From the NCBI GenBank assembly GCA_029262515.1, contig JAJCZH010000018.1, positions 13,219-77,218 on the forward strand: a stretch of 64,000 nt of DNA, read 5' to 3'. This document shows positions 9,112 to 17,779 of this stretch, one piece after another. The notes under the pieces are model-generated. The model worked only from the letters and a program-made list of their open reading frames with translations, was not told the DNA's origin and did not search any database. A program made the translations under genes and the position numbers. The stretch's first letter is position 1, and the number at the start of each line of letters is the position of its first letter. This DNA is from Deltaproteobacteria bacterium. GTDB lineage: Bacteria; Desulfobacterota; GWC2-55-46; JADFVP01.

Positions 9112-10125
9112 TCAATCGATAAAGTAAAAGAATTTAGGGTATGTGTTGAGTTCGGCCTTTAGTCTAAAGACCCTCTTCTTCTCGATAACCTTGCGTATCT
9201 CGCTATTTGGATCGAGAAGGTTACCGAACTTGCGGGCCCCTACCGTACAGCCTTCCACGCAGGCGGTGTATCTGCCCTGCCGGGTTCTCTGAAGGCAGAA
9301 CGTACACTTCTCGGCAACACCCATCATTCTCGGGCGGTTTCCCAGGTAGTGCGTTGTGGGGTTGAGTTCTTCGGCCGGAAGGTTGGGAGCTCCCCAGTTG
9401 AAGCGCCTGGCCCAGTACGGGCAGGCGGTAATGCACATTCTGCAGCCTATGCACCAGTTGTAGTCTATGACGACCACGCCGTCGGGCTCTCTGTAGGTCG
9501 TACGCGCCGGGCAGACCTTGACGCACGGCGGCTTTTCGCACTGCATGCATGCCACAGGGAAGTAGAACTTCCCTTTCTCTGGAACCAGCGGCGGATCGAA
9601 GTAGTGCTCTCCTTCTAGGGTAACTCCGGCGCTTTCGCCTGCAAAGGCCCCTGTCTGTATATCGCCCTCTTGCATCTTTCCTGGCGAGAAGCTGCCTTTC
9701 TCCATCTCAATGACCCTTATCCACTGGATCTGACCCTCGGAGCGTGACTGGTTATTCTCCTTCACGCAAGAGTAGACGCATCTTCTGCACCCGATACACT
9801 TCTGGATGTTGAGCGCCATGCCGAAGAGAACCCCGTCCATTGCCGGGGAGTCGTCTACGGTCACATGCTTTTTGTACTCCTCCGTGTATCTCTTTTCGAG
9901 CCTGGCAATGGCCTCTTTCTTCTCGTCTTGCGTCATAAGCCTGTAGTTCTTCTGGAAGTACTCGGCCCATGTGGAGCGCGCATCGACCTCTTCAGGAGAC
10001 ATCGACTCGGTAGCGCCGATGATTGCCGCGCCGACGGCGCCCATGGCGGCATTTTTTAAGAACTTGCGGCGGCTGTTTACACCGGACCGGTTCTCCTCCG
10101 GCTTCTGATTCTTTTCATTAGACAT
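9112..10125 (-). CDS. TAT-exported 4x[4Fe-4S] ferredoxin subunit (NrfC/PsrB/HybA family) with an N-terminal ~90 aa extension
   Basis: Twin-arginine signal SRRKFLKNAAMGAVGAAIIGA. Four Cys clusters: CIGCRRCVYSC, CMQCEKPPCVKVCP, CIGCRMCITACP and CTFC...CVEGC. Typical partner of NrfD-like subunits. Confidence 0.75.
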   Translation of the reverse strand: MSNEKNQKPEENRSGVNSRRKFLKNAAMGAVGAAIIGATESMSPEEVDARSTWAEYFQKNYRLMTQDEKKEAIARLEKRYTEEYKKHVTVDDSPAMDGVLFGMALNIQKCIGCRRCVYSCVKENNQSRSEGQIQWIRVIEMEKGSFSPGKMQEGDIQTGAFAGESAGVTLEGEHYFDPPLVPEKGKFYFPVACMQCEKPPCVKVCPARTTYREPDGVVVIDYNWCIGCRMCITACPYWARRFNWGAPNLPAEELNPTTHYLGNRPRMMGVAEKCTFCLQRTRQGRYTACVEGCTVGARKFGNLLDPNSEIRKVIEKKRVFRLKAELNTYPKFFYFID

Positions 10126-10157
10126 GAAGACCTCTTCTGTTTATATATGAATGGTTC

Positions 10158-10469
10158 TTACTTACCGTTAGAAGCGAAAGAGTCGAGAAGGGCCGAAACC
10201 ATCTCCTTTTTCTCGTTTTTGCTCATAAGGGTGAGTTTTTTGCCCTTCCAGGTCCGTTCGACACCGAGTTCGTCCTTAAGGTAGAGCTTTCTGTTGTCCT
10301 CTTTTAAAACAGCCTCTGTCGCCTTTTTTGCGATTCCGGCCCCTCCGGCTACGGCAAGCCCCGCGACAACGGCATTTTTCAAGAAGCTGCGTCTCGTGCT
10401 CTTCTTTTTTAGTTTGTTGTCGAACCTGGCATCATCGCTTTTTGTGGGTTTGTCTCTATTTTCAGGCAT
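10158..10469 (-). CDS. Small TAT-signal protein (103 aa). Paralogous to the N-terminal extension of the downstream FeS subunit.
   Basis: RRSFLKNAVVAGLAVAGGAGIA twin-arginine signal. The mature part (…LTLMSKNEKKEMVSALLD…) resembles the FeS subunit's N-terminal region (…YRLMTQDEKKEAIARLEK…). AGGAGG RBS 9 nt upstream of the ATG. Confidence 0.5.
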   Translation of the reverse strand: MPENRDKPTKSDDARFDNKLKKKSTRRSFLKNAVVAGLAVAGGAGIAKKATEAVLKEDNRKLYLKDELGVERTWKGKKLTLMSKNEKKEMVSALLDSFASNGK

Positions 10470-10662
10470 ATCTTATAACCTCCTGTCTGTAGTAAGAAGT
10501 ATACAGAGGGTATTGCGGCCCCTGTGTAAACCTGGTGTACGTTTAAGCTTTGCCCTCTTAGCCTCTGAGTAGCCTGCGTCCGGTTATCGATTTGTTCGGG
10601 AGTTTACATATTTGCGGGGGCTTTTTATGGACAAAATTCACCCCCCGGCCAGCGCCCGAAAG

Positions 10663-10688
10663 TTTGTATACAGTATACTGTATACAAA
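10663..10688. promoter_or_regulatory. Perfect 26-bp palindrome TTTGTATACAGTATACTGTATACAAA. Candidate operator in the divergent control region.
   Basis: Exact reverse-complement symmetry. It lies ~195 bp upstream of the small-TAT/FeS/NrfD-cyt operon start and ~500 bp upstream of the divergent diheme cytochrome c gene. An AT-rich promoter-like sequence follows at 10730-10800. Confidence 0.4.
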
Positions 10689-11191
10689 GGCAGTGGCACG
10701 GATTATAGCACCTCTTATATTAAATACAAGTTAAAAGCAGAATAAAATAATAAAGATGCGTTCTGTATATTTATCAAAAAGTGTATCTAGATGTTATCAT
10801 CTTTCGCAGCAAAAAGAAACGAAATCAGGGTGTGCCGGCAGGCCGGAAGAGGTCTGGAAGTATCTCTTTAGATACCCAGACAGGTGAAATTTTTATACCG
10901 ACTGGTGTCGATATTGGGATGTGTGGTGAATAAAGCGTCTCTGCTCTCGGTATGACTTGACTTTGTTCTCTACAAGAGATAATCTATCTGCGATTCCGGT
11001 TTTAGCTGGTATCGACCGTTTCACTCGAACGATTTTTTACAGTATACGTCATAACGGACAGAAGAGTTCGCGCAGGTTTAGGTGCGGTTTTGTCGAGCAG
11101 GCTCTCTTTGTGCGGTCAGGGCCGGCAGATTCAAGGCAATGATAATTATTCAGCAGATATAACTGTTATTGAAAAGTCAGGAGGTGTAGTT

Positions 11192-11767
11192 GTGAAAAAG
11201 TACGCTTTTTTCATTCTGGCAGTCTTGTTGATGCTCGGGGCTTATACTGAGGCCTCGGCGGATATGAATAACGGCGCAAGGCTCTTTAAGAAGCATTGCG
11301 CAAGGTGCCATGGTGATGATGGAACCGTCTCCACGTACGGCAAGTCGATTAAACCGTACCCGGCCAGGGATTTGAGGACCAACAGGCTCTTTATCGCACC
11401 GGCTGAGCTTCTCACAACCATTAAGTACGGACTGTATGGCAGGGAGATGAAGGGCTGGGAGGATACGCTCAGCGATAGAGAGATAGTGGATGTTGCGAGG
11501 TTTGTCAGAACGCTTAAGTACGAGCCGAACCTCGAGTCGGGCAAGAAGTTCTTTAAGGCACGCTGCGGAAGTTGCCATAGTAACAAAGGCGCGGTCAAGA
11601 AGCTCTTTAAAGCTCCCGACCTCGATATGTCTCCTTTAGGTGCTATAGCGATGGCGAGGGTTGTGCGTCTCGGTCGCCACGGTACGATGATGAACCCCAA
11701 GAGGGACCTCTTCAGGAATGCCGATATCGCTAACGTAGTAGCTTATCTTCAGAGTATCAAGAAGTAA
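11192..11767 (+). CDS. Periplasmic diheme c-type cytochrome (c4-like)
   Basis: Signal peptide KKYAFFILAVLLMLGAYTEASA. Two CXXCH motifs (CARCHG, CGSCHS). AGGAGG RBS, then GTG at 11192 (the ORF-track start 11090 is upstream). Confidence 0.7.
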   Translation: MKKYAFFILAVLLMLGAYTEASADMNNGARLFKKHCARCHGDDGTVSTYGKSIKPYPARDLRTNRLFIAPAELLTTIKYGLYGREMKGWEDTLSDREIVDVARFVRTLKYEPNLESGKKFFKARCGSCHSNKGAVKKLFKAPDLDMSPLGAIAMARVVRLGRHGTMMNPKRDLFRNADIANVVAYLQSIKK

Positions 11768-11793
11768 TCTTAATACTCTTTTATTGGTATTGG

Positions 11794-11830
11794 GCCGTCG
11801 GGACTATTTTGTCTTGACGGCTTTTTTTTT
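11794..11830 (+). terminator. Rho-independent terminator after the diheme cytochrome c gene
   Basis: GCCGTC...GACGGC stem followed by T9. Confidence 0.55.
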
Positions 11831-11969
11831 AACTTCCCCCGCAAACTCGATTTTTTTCTCAGACCGGTTCGTATACGTACTCTGGGGCCCTTTAATCTGC
11901 TATACTTTTACGGTCAATTGGTTAAAGACCCGTATGGTTCTATTATTTTAAAACAAGGACGGTAATATC

Positions 11970-14684
11970 GTGAGAAATGGTAGCGAAGGTACTGGTGGCA
12001 AAGGTGGAAATGAGTTTAAGTACGTCAGGCGCGATTTCGGCCCTTTGCCAATAAAACTCAACCACCTGACGATCTTTCTAAATTTTCAAAAGCACGGTGT
12101 CGAGGCCGTCAACACACTTGATATAACGGCGATAGAGGGGCTTGAAGAGATCAGGTTAGATGCTAAGGAACTTGATATTTTGTCAGTGAAGCTCTGTACT
12201 TCAGTCAATGATGTAGAGGGTTCTGCACTCAGTTACGATTACAAAAAAGAGGCCGATAAGCTTATAGTTTACCTGCCTGAGAGAGTAGAGCCCGGCGAGC
12301 GGTTCTACATCAGAACCGACACTCGTTCGGTACCGTCCGACAATATACTCGAGGGTATCTACACAGACGCCACTCCAGAGGGCGCGCCACAGCAGTATAT
12401 GTCGCAGTGCCAGCAGTGGGGTTTTCAGCGCATCATGCCGGTCTTCGACGATTGTACTGCCAAGTGCACGATGCGTACGACCATCGAGGCCGATGCGTCT
12501 TATACGCACCTTATCAGCAACGGTAATATAGACCGCGTCCTCAACCCGGACGGCAGACCGGTGCCGAAGGCCGGGGACCCTTCCAGGCAGGTAATAACAT
12601 TCGACAACCCGATTCCAATGTCGACTTACATCTTTCTGGTCTGCGTCGGCACGTGGGAGGTTTTGGAAGACGAGGTTACGTACCCGTCCGGCCGTAAGGT
12701 GCGCCTTGAGTACCTTGTGCCTTCGGGCAGCATAAATGATGCCCGCATACCGATGGATATCTTAAAAGAGTCGGTTCTCTGGATAGAGAGGACGCAAGGT
12801 TACGAGTACACATTCGATACCTACCGGACCATCTGCATGACAAAGTCGAACTTCGGAGGTATGGAGAATCTCGGTAATACTACCATCGTGACTGACGCGG
12901 CGATGATTACAGAGCATACGCTTGACGCGATGATCCTCTACGCCCATGCGGTTATAGTACACGAGTTCGAGCATAACCAGTGCGGCAGCGAGACCACGAT
13001 GGAGACCCCTTTCGACGTCTGGCTCAACGAGGCGTATACGGTCGATGTAGAAAGGCAGTTCATGGAAGAGCACTTCGACCCTTCTTTTATGCGACTTCGC
13101 GAGATAGACTCGGTGCGCGCGCCTCTGGTTGGCCCGCTCGCTATAGAGGATGCCGGACATTACGGAAGGATAGTGAGAGAGGGTTTTAACGAACCGGACG
13201 AACTGATTGACGGCGTTACGTATGTTAAAGCGGCAGAGGTTATAAGGATGCTGCGTCTCATTATTGGACAAGAGAGTTTCAAGGCCGCAAAGACCTTGTA
13301 TTTCGAGCGGTATCATTTAGGAAACGCCAATAACGACCAGTTCTTCGACTGTTTCAAAGAGGTCTCGGGAAGGTCGTTTGAGCAGTTCAAGAGGGAGTGG
13401 CTCTACAGGGTCGGTTACCCTAAGGTCACGGCTACCACAGAGTACGATCCCGGGGCCCGTACCTGCAAGATATCTTTTAAGCAGGAGAAGGTTGAGGGCG
13501 CACGCCCCTTTCAACTGCCGATAGAGCTCGCTCTCGTTGACTCTTCCGGTTGCGACATGGAGGCAACGGCGCAGGTCTTTATACTCGACAAGCCTGAGGA
13601 TGAGCTGATCATAGAGAATCTGGCAGAGGCCCCGGCAGTAGTCTCGATCAACCGCGACGCCTCCTTTTACGGTACCTTTACTCTGACCGGGCTCGATACC
13701 GATGCGCTCATCTCCCAGATTCGGCTCGACCCGAATACCTGCAACAGGGTTGATGCGATGCGAAAGCTGACCGACAGGGTACGCGTAGCGCTGTTAGAGA
13801 ATCCGAGGTTGAAGGTTATTGATATCGAAGGGGTTGGGGGTGAGTGGTTAAAGCTCTACGGCGAGATTCTAGGGGAGTCCAAGCTCTCACCGGCCCTGAA
13901 ATCGTACTTCCTCCGTATTGAAGAGTCTCCGGTAGACAGGCGGTACTCGACATGGTATCAGGAGCTTGTCGTGGCGAGAGAGAGTATGGCGCGCGCCGTA
14001 AACTCTTCTTACAGGGCCGAACTGCTCGCCGAGTTCGAGGCATCGAAGTTGGCGAGCGTTAGGGCTGCCGGCCCCGGCGCCGGGCCTGGCGCCGGGATAG
14101 AAGAGCGTCTTTACAGGAACGTACTTCTCGAACTGATAGCCATAGATGATACGGACGAGAGCCATGCTTTTGTTATCGAGAACTTCAATAGCGCCACTAC
14201 GGCTACCGAACAGGTAGCGGCGCTAGGTGTCTTGAACCGCAGCTCTTCGAAGATGAGGCGCGGGATTTTAGATACGGTTTACTCCGACTGGCACGGCCAC
14301 CTGAGCGGTTATGCCAACTACCTGAGGGTGGTCTCCGGCGGTACGTGTGACGACGTTTTTGATATGATCGAAGAGGAGAAGAGACGGGAGAGTTTCGATA
14401 TAAACCAGCCGACATGGAACCGCGCTCTCTTTATGCCGATGGCTATGAACAACAGAAAAGTCTGGACCGACAGGGGTATAGAGTGGGTGGCGGATACAGT
14501 GATTGAGCTTGCGCCGATTAACGGCACGATCGCAGGCCGTCTGCTCAGTACCTTCCAGCACGTGCGGGGCTTGAAACCAGCACTCGGCAAGAAGGTTGTA
14601 GCGGCGCTTGAGAGAATCGTTAAAGAGGTAAGTGTCGAGGCAAGCCTGTCGATCAACGGACAGGCGAAGGCGTACCTCGGTTGA
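11970..14684 (+). CDS. pepN: Aminopeptidase N (M1 family zinc metallopeptidase)
   Basis: GGMEN exopeptidase motif (GGMENLG). HEXXH-X18-E zinc site (HEFEHN...WLNEA). ~900 aa. GTG start with AAGGACGG RBS. Confidence 0.8.
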   Translation: MRNGSEGTGGKGGNEFKYVRRDFGPLPIKLNHLTIFLNFQKHGVEAVNTLDITAIEGLEEIRLDAKELDILSVKLCTSVNDVEGSALSYDYKKEADKLIVYLPERVEPGERFYIRTDTRSVPSDNILEGIYTDATPEGAPQQYMSQCQQWGFQRIMPVFDDCTAKCTMRTTIEADASYTHLISNGNIDRVLNPDGRPVPKAGDPSRQVITFDNPIPMSTYIFLVCVGTWEVLEDEVTYPSGRKVRLEYLVPSGSINDARIPMDILKESVLWIERTQGYEYTFDTYRTICMTKSNFGGMENLGNTTIVTDAAMITEHTLDAMILYAHAVIVHEFEHNQCGSETTMETPFDVWLNEAYTVDVERQFMEEHFDPSFMRLREIDSVRAPLVGPLAIEDAGHYGRIVREGFNEPDELIDGVTYVKAAEVIRMLRLIIGQESFKAAKTLYFERYHLGNANNDQFFDCFKEVSGRSFEQFKREWLYRVGYPKVTATTEYDPGARTCKISFKQEKVEGARPFQLPIELALVDSSGCDMEATAQVFILDKPEDELIIENLAEAPAVVSINRDASFYGTFTLTGLDTDALISQIRLDPNTCNRVDAMRKLTDRVRVALLENPRLKVIDIEGVGGEWLKLYGEILGESKLSPALKSYFLRIEESPVDRRYSTWYQELVVARESMARAVNSSYRAELLAEFEASKLASVRAAGPGAGPGAGIEERLYRNVLLELIAIDDTDESHAFVIENFNSATTATEQVAALGVLNRSSSKMRRGILDTVYSDWHGHLSGYANYLRVVSGGTCDDVFDMIEEEKRRESFDINQPTWNRALFMPMAMNNRKVWTDRGIEWVADTVIELAPINGTIAGRLLSTFQHVRGLKPALGKKVVAALERIVKEVSVEASLSINGQAKAYLG

Positions 14685-14743
14685 ATTTCGTCATGATCCC
14701 CTCCATATGACGCCCGGAGGCGAGTCTGTGTCACGATGATAAG

Positions 14744-15163
14744 ATGATAAAAGTAACTGAAAAGATAAGCATAGACGAGAGCGAGTTAACCGAGGAGTTT
14801 ATACGCGCCGGGGGGCCCGGGGGCCAGCATGTCAACAAGGTCTCGACCGCCGTGCAGCTCAGGTTCGACATACCTGCCTCTAAACTGCCCGAAGATGTAA
14901 AAGAGAGGCTGAAAAAACTCGGCGGCACGAGGGTAAGCTCCTCCGGCGTGCTTGTCATTTCTTCAAGAAGTTCGAGGAGCAGGGAGGCAAACAGAGAGAC
15001 GGCTAAAGAGCGGCTGGTGGCCCTTGTGAGGAAAGCGACCGAAAGGCCGAAGGCGCGTATGAAGACACGGCCTTCGAGGGCGAAGAGGGCAAAGAGGATG
15101 GACGAGAAGACCGAGCGCGCCACACTAAAAAAGAGCAGGCGCAGAGTGCGCGAAGAGGATTAA
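14744..15163 (+). CDS. arfB: Alternative ribosome-rescue factor ArfB (YaeJ), a peptidyl-tRNA hydrolase
   Basis: GGQ motif (GPGGQHVNK). ~140 aa with a basic C-terminal tail (KARMKTRPSRAKRAKR...). Near-collinear with E. coli YaeJ. Confidence 0.75.
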   Translation: MIKVTEKISIDESELTEEFIRAGGPGGQHVNKVSTAVQLRFDIPASKLPEDVKERLKKLGGTRVSSSGVLVISSRSSRSREANRETAKERLVALVRKATERPKARMKTRPSRAKRAKRMDEKTERATLKKSRRRVREED

Positions 15164-15215
15164 CACCCTGAGGGCGATCTATGTTGGGTGCTTAAGGCCT
15201 ATAAGGTAAGTAACA

Positions 15216-15416
15216 ATGCATAAAAAATTCATAGATGAATATAATGGAAAAAGGTTTATTATTGAAGAAGACTTGTCAGAGGCAGGTGCATATTTCTATG
15301 TTTGCGATGGCGAAAAAAGTATTTGCGATTATTTGCAGGATAGTATAAGTGTGTGCAAAGAGCTGGCCAATGAAAAATACTTTGTCCCAATGAATGACTG
15401 GAGGTATTTGGAATAG
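15216..15416 (+). CDS. Small hypothetical protein (66 aa) encoded on a markedly AT-rich islet
   Basis: The ORF is clearly AT-rich relative to its flanks (by eye about one-third GC, against mid-50s for neighbours). No recognisable domain. Followed by the hairpin at 15426. Confidence 0.3.
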   Translation: MHKKFIDEYNGKRFIIEEDLSEAGAYFYVCDGEKSICDYLQDSISVCKELANEKYFVPMNDWRYLE

Positions 15417-15425
15417 AGTCTCGTA

Positions 15426-15447
15426 GGGTGGCACTGCCCACCTTTTT
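15426..15447 (+). terminator. Hairpin GGGTGGCACTGCCCACC plus T5. A near-identical hairpin follows the second AT-rich islet at 58172.
   Basis: 5-6 bp GC stem (GGTGG/CCACC) followed by TTTTT, 10 nt after the TAG of the small ORF. Confidence 0.4.
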
Positions 15448-15570
15448 ATCTTCTTGCCTCCAGTCTACGCCGTTTAACCCAGCCACTCATGAGGTAGTAG
15501 CCGAGTATCTCACCGATACTATATACGTATGAATCTATCAATGCCGATTTGATGTCCGGCCATTGTGCCC

Positions 15571-17523
15571 TTAACCACTAAGTTCTTCAAGCTCTTCCCA
15601 TCTCCTGTACGACTGTTCCAGTATCCCGGATATCTCTTCTGAGCGTCTCTTCAACTCTGCGGCATTCTCTTTTTTGTAGAAGTCGGGCGAGCCCATCATT
15701 GAAAAGAGTTCCGCCTGTTCGGCCTCCAGCCCCTCTATCTTGCCGGGAAGCTCTTTAAGCTCCCGGGTCTGGTTGAAGCCGAGTTTTGTCCGGCTCTTCT
15801 CTTTCTTTATTTTTACTCTTGTTGTTCCGGTCTCTTTTTTCGGTTCTTGTTTGTAGACCGCTCCACTGCTCCTGTTATCAGAACCTCTGTTACCAGAACT
15901 TTTTTGTGCTTCGGCGCCCGGTCTCTGCCGTATCCAGTCGTCGTACCCGCCGACATACTCGTTGATTTGCTCTTTGCCGTCTGCCCCCTTCTCAAAGACT
16001 ATTGTTGAGGTGGCGACGTTATTTAGAAAAGCCCTGTCGTGGCTGACGAGCAGCACGGTACCTTTGTAGTTGAGCAGTATCTCTTCGAGCAAGTCGAGTG
16101 TTTCGATGTCGAGGTCGTTTGTCGGTTCGTCCATGACGAGTACGTTGGAGGGGCTTGCGAAGAGTTTCGCCAGCAGCAGCCTGTTGCGCTCACCGCCCGA
16201 GAGCACACTGACCGGCGTGCGCGCCCTTGAGGCCGCAAAGAGAAAGTCGGAGAGGTAGCTGACGACGTGGCGCGCGTGGCCGTCGATTATTATCTGGTCA
16301 GACCCGTCGGTGAGGTTCTCCATCAGGCTCAGTCCTTCGTCGAGCTGAGTTCTGTGCTGGTCGAAGTACGAGACGTCGAGTCTGGTTCCGAGGCGTACGG
16401 AGCCGGTAGTCGGCTCCAGGGTGCCGAGCAGAAGCTTTAGCAGCGTGGTCTTGCCAGCGCCGTTGGGCCCGATTATTCCTATCTTGTCGCCTCTCATTAT
16501 CGTTGTCGAGAAGTTGTCGATTACCGTCTGCCCTTCGGTATAAGAGTAGCTTATCCTTTCCGTCTCTATTACCAGCCTGCCGCTTTTTGCGCTGTCGTTC
16601 TGCTTGATAGCGGAGCTTCCTTCTACCTCGCGCCGTCTCTTGCGCTCCTTTCTCATATCCATCAACTCGCGCACGCGCCCTTCGTTGCGTGTTCTTCTGG
16701 CCTGAATGCCTTTTCGGATCCACTTCTCCTCTTCGGCAAGCTTTTTGTCGAATAGCCTGTTCTGCTCTGTTTCGGAGTGGATATTGTGCTCCTTGCGCTT
16801 CTGGTAGGTATTATAGTCGCACTGCCAGCTAGTGAGCCTGCCGCGGTCGAGGTCGATTATCCGGGTGGCGAGGCGCTGGAGCAGCATCCTGTCATGCGTA
16901 ATAAAGAGCAGGGTACCGGAAAAGCCGAGCAGGAACTCTTCGAGCCAGTCGATCGACTCTATGTCGAGGTGGTTTGTCGGTTCGTCGAGCAGCAACAGGT
17001 CGGGCGAAGAGACGAGAGCCCTGCCGAGCAGCACCCTTCTTTTTAGCCCGCCAGAGAGTTCTTCGTACTTTTTCTCTTCCGGGAGGCCGAGTCGCGAGAT
17101 TACGGTCTCCACCCTCTGGTGCGCGCTCCAGCCGCCTGCGGCCTCCAAAGCGTGCTGAACTTTTTCGAGTTCGACGAGAGCCGAAGAGTTCCCTCTGCTG
17201 ACCCGGACGGAGAGCCCGTGGTACTCTGCCATCAGTTCGCCTGTATTGCCGAGCCCGCCTGTGATTACCTCGAAGAGGCTGCCGGTAAGCTCCTTTTCCA
17301 CTTCTTGAGAGAGCAGAGCGGTCCGAAGGCCAGGGCTCCGGGTTATTGTGCCGGAGTCTGGTAAAAGCCCTTCGCCGATTATACGCATAAGGGTCGATTT
17401 GCCGCTGCCGTTACGCCCGACGAGGCAGATCCGCTCTCTCGGTTCTACCTGGAGGTTGATTGAGTCGAGCAGCGGCTCGCCGCCGTAACTAAGCTCTATA
17501 TCCCTCAAATTTATAAGTGCCAT
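15571..17523 (-). CDS. uup: ABC-F family ATPase (Uup/EttA-like). Two ABC domains and a C-terminal coiled coil.
   Basis: Two Walker A motifs (GRNGSGKST, GPNGAGKTT). Two ABC signature motifs (LSGGLKRR, LSGGERNR). Coiled-coil C-terminus. The likely start is MALINLRD at 17523; the ORF track extends to 17601. Confidence 0.8.
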   Translation of the reverse strand: MALINLRDIELSYGGEPLLDSINLQVEPRERICLVGRNGSGKSTLMRIIGEGLLPDSGTITRSPGLRTALLSQEVEKELTGSLFEVITGGLGNTGELMAEYHGLSVRVSRGNSSALVELEKVQHALEAAGGWSAHQRVETVISRLGLPEEKKYEELSGGLKRRVLLGRALVSSPDLLLLDEPTNHLDIESIDWLEEFLLGFSGTLLFITHDRMLLQRLATRIIDLDRGRLTSWQCDYNTYQKRKEHNIHSETEQNRLFDKKLAEEEKWIRKGIQARRTRNEGRVRELMDMRKERKRRREVEGSSAIKQNDSAKSGRLVIETERISYSYTEGQTVIDNFSTTIMRGDKIGIIGPNGAGKTTLLKLLLGTLEPTTGSVRLGTRLDVSYFDQHRTQLDEGLSLMENLTDGSDQIIIDGHARHVVSYLSDFLFAASRARTPVSVLSGGERNRLLLAKLFASPSNVLVMDEPTNDLDIETLDLLEEILLNYKGTVLLVSHDRAFLNNVATSTIVFEKGADGKEQINEYVGGYDDWIRQRPGAEAQKSSGNRGSDNRSSGAVYKQEPKKETGTTRVKIKKEKSRTKLGFNQTRELKELPGKIEGLEAEQAELFSMMGSPDFYKKENAAELKRRSEEISGILEQSYRRWEELEELSG

Positions 17524-17779
17524 ATGTTCTCTTTGTCCTGAATTGTTTTTGGAGTCAATAGCATACCATAAGAGGCGGCTTCGGTATCGGGTTGAGACCA
17601 CTTTTTTCGGTTTTTTTCTCGCTCTCTGTTGCCAAGCAAAGATATTCTGCTATGGTTATAATCTGTGTAGAATCCTTTAATATTCCAATTGCAGTCTGAA
17701 TGGTATCGGCAGAGATTTGTAGCATAACAGCTCTTTCTCCACTGAGGCTCTATTCAAGACATTTCGGAGGTAATACAGT

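Noticed and set aside
7026-9127. Numerous plus-strand ORFs (e.g. 7026-7430, 7726-8277, 8259-8687) overlapping the minus-strand NrfD-cytochrome gene
   Set aside because: They lie antisense to a gene with clear TM-helix periodicity and four CXXCH motifs. They have no RBS and no recognisable motifs. They are ordinary antisense open frames.
14070-14100. GCCGGGCCTGGCGCCGGG-type short tandem repeat
   Set aside because: It encodes a GPGAGPGAG linker inside pepN. It is coding low complexity, not a regulatory repeat or CRISPR.
16023-17364. Cluster of overlapping 60-140 aa ORFs on both strands inside uup
   Set aside because: These are Arg/Ser/Pro-rich translations of alternative frames of a well-supported ABC-F gene. 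They are spurious.
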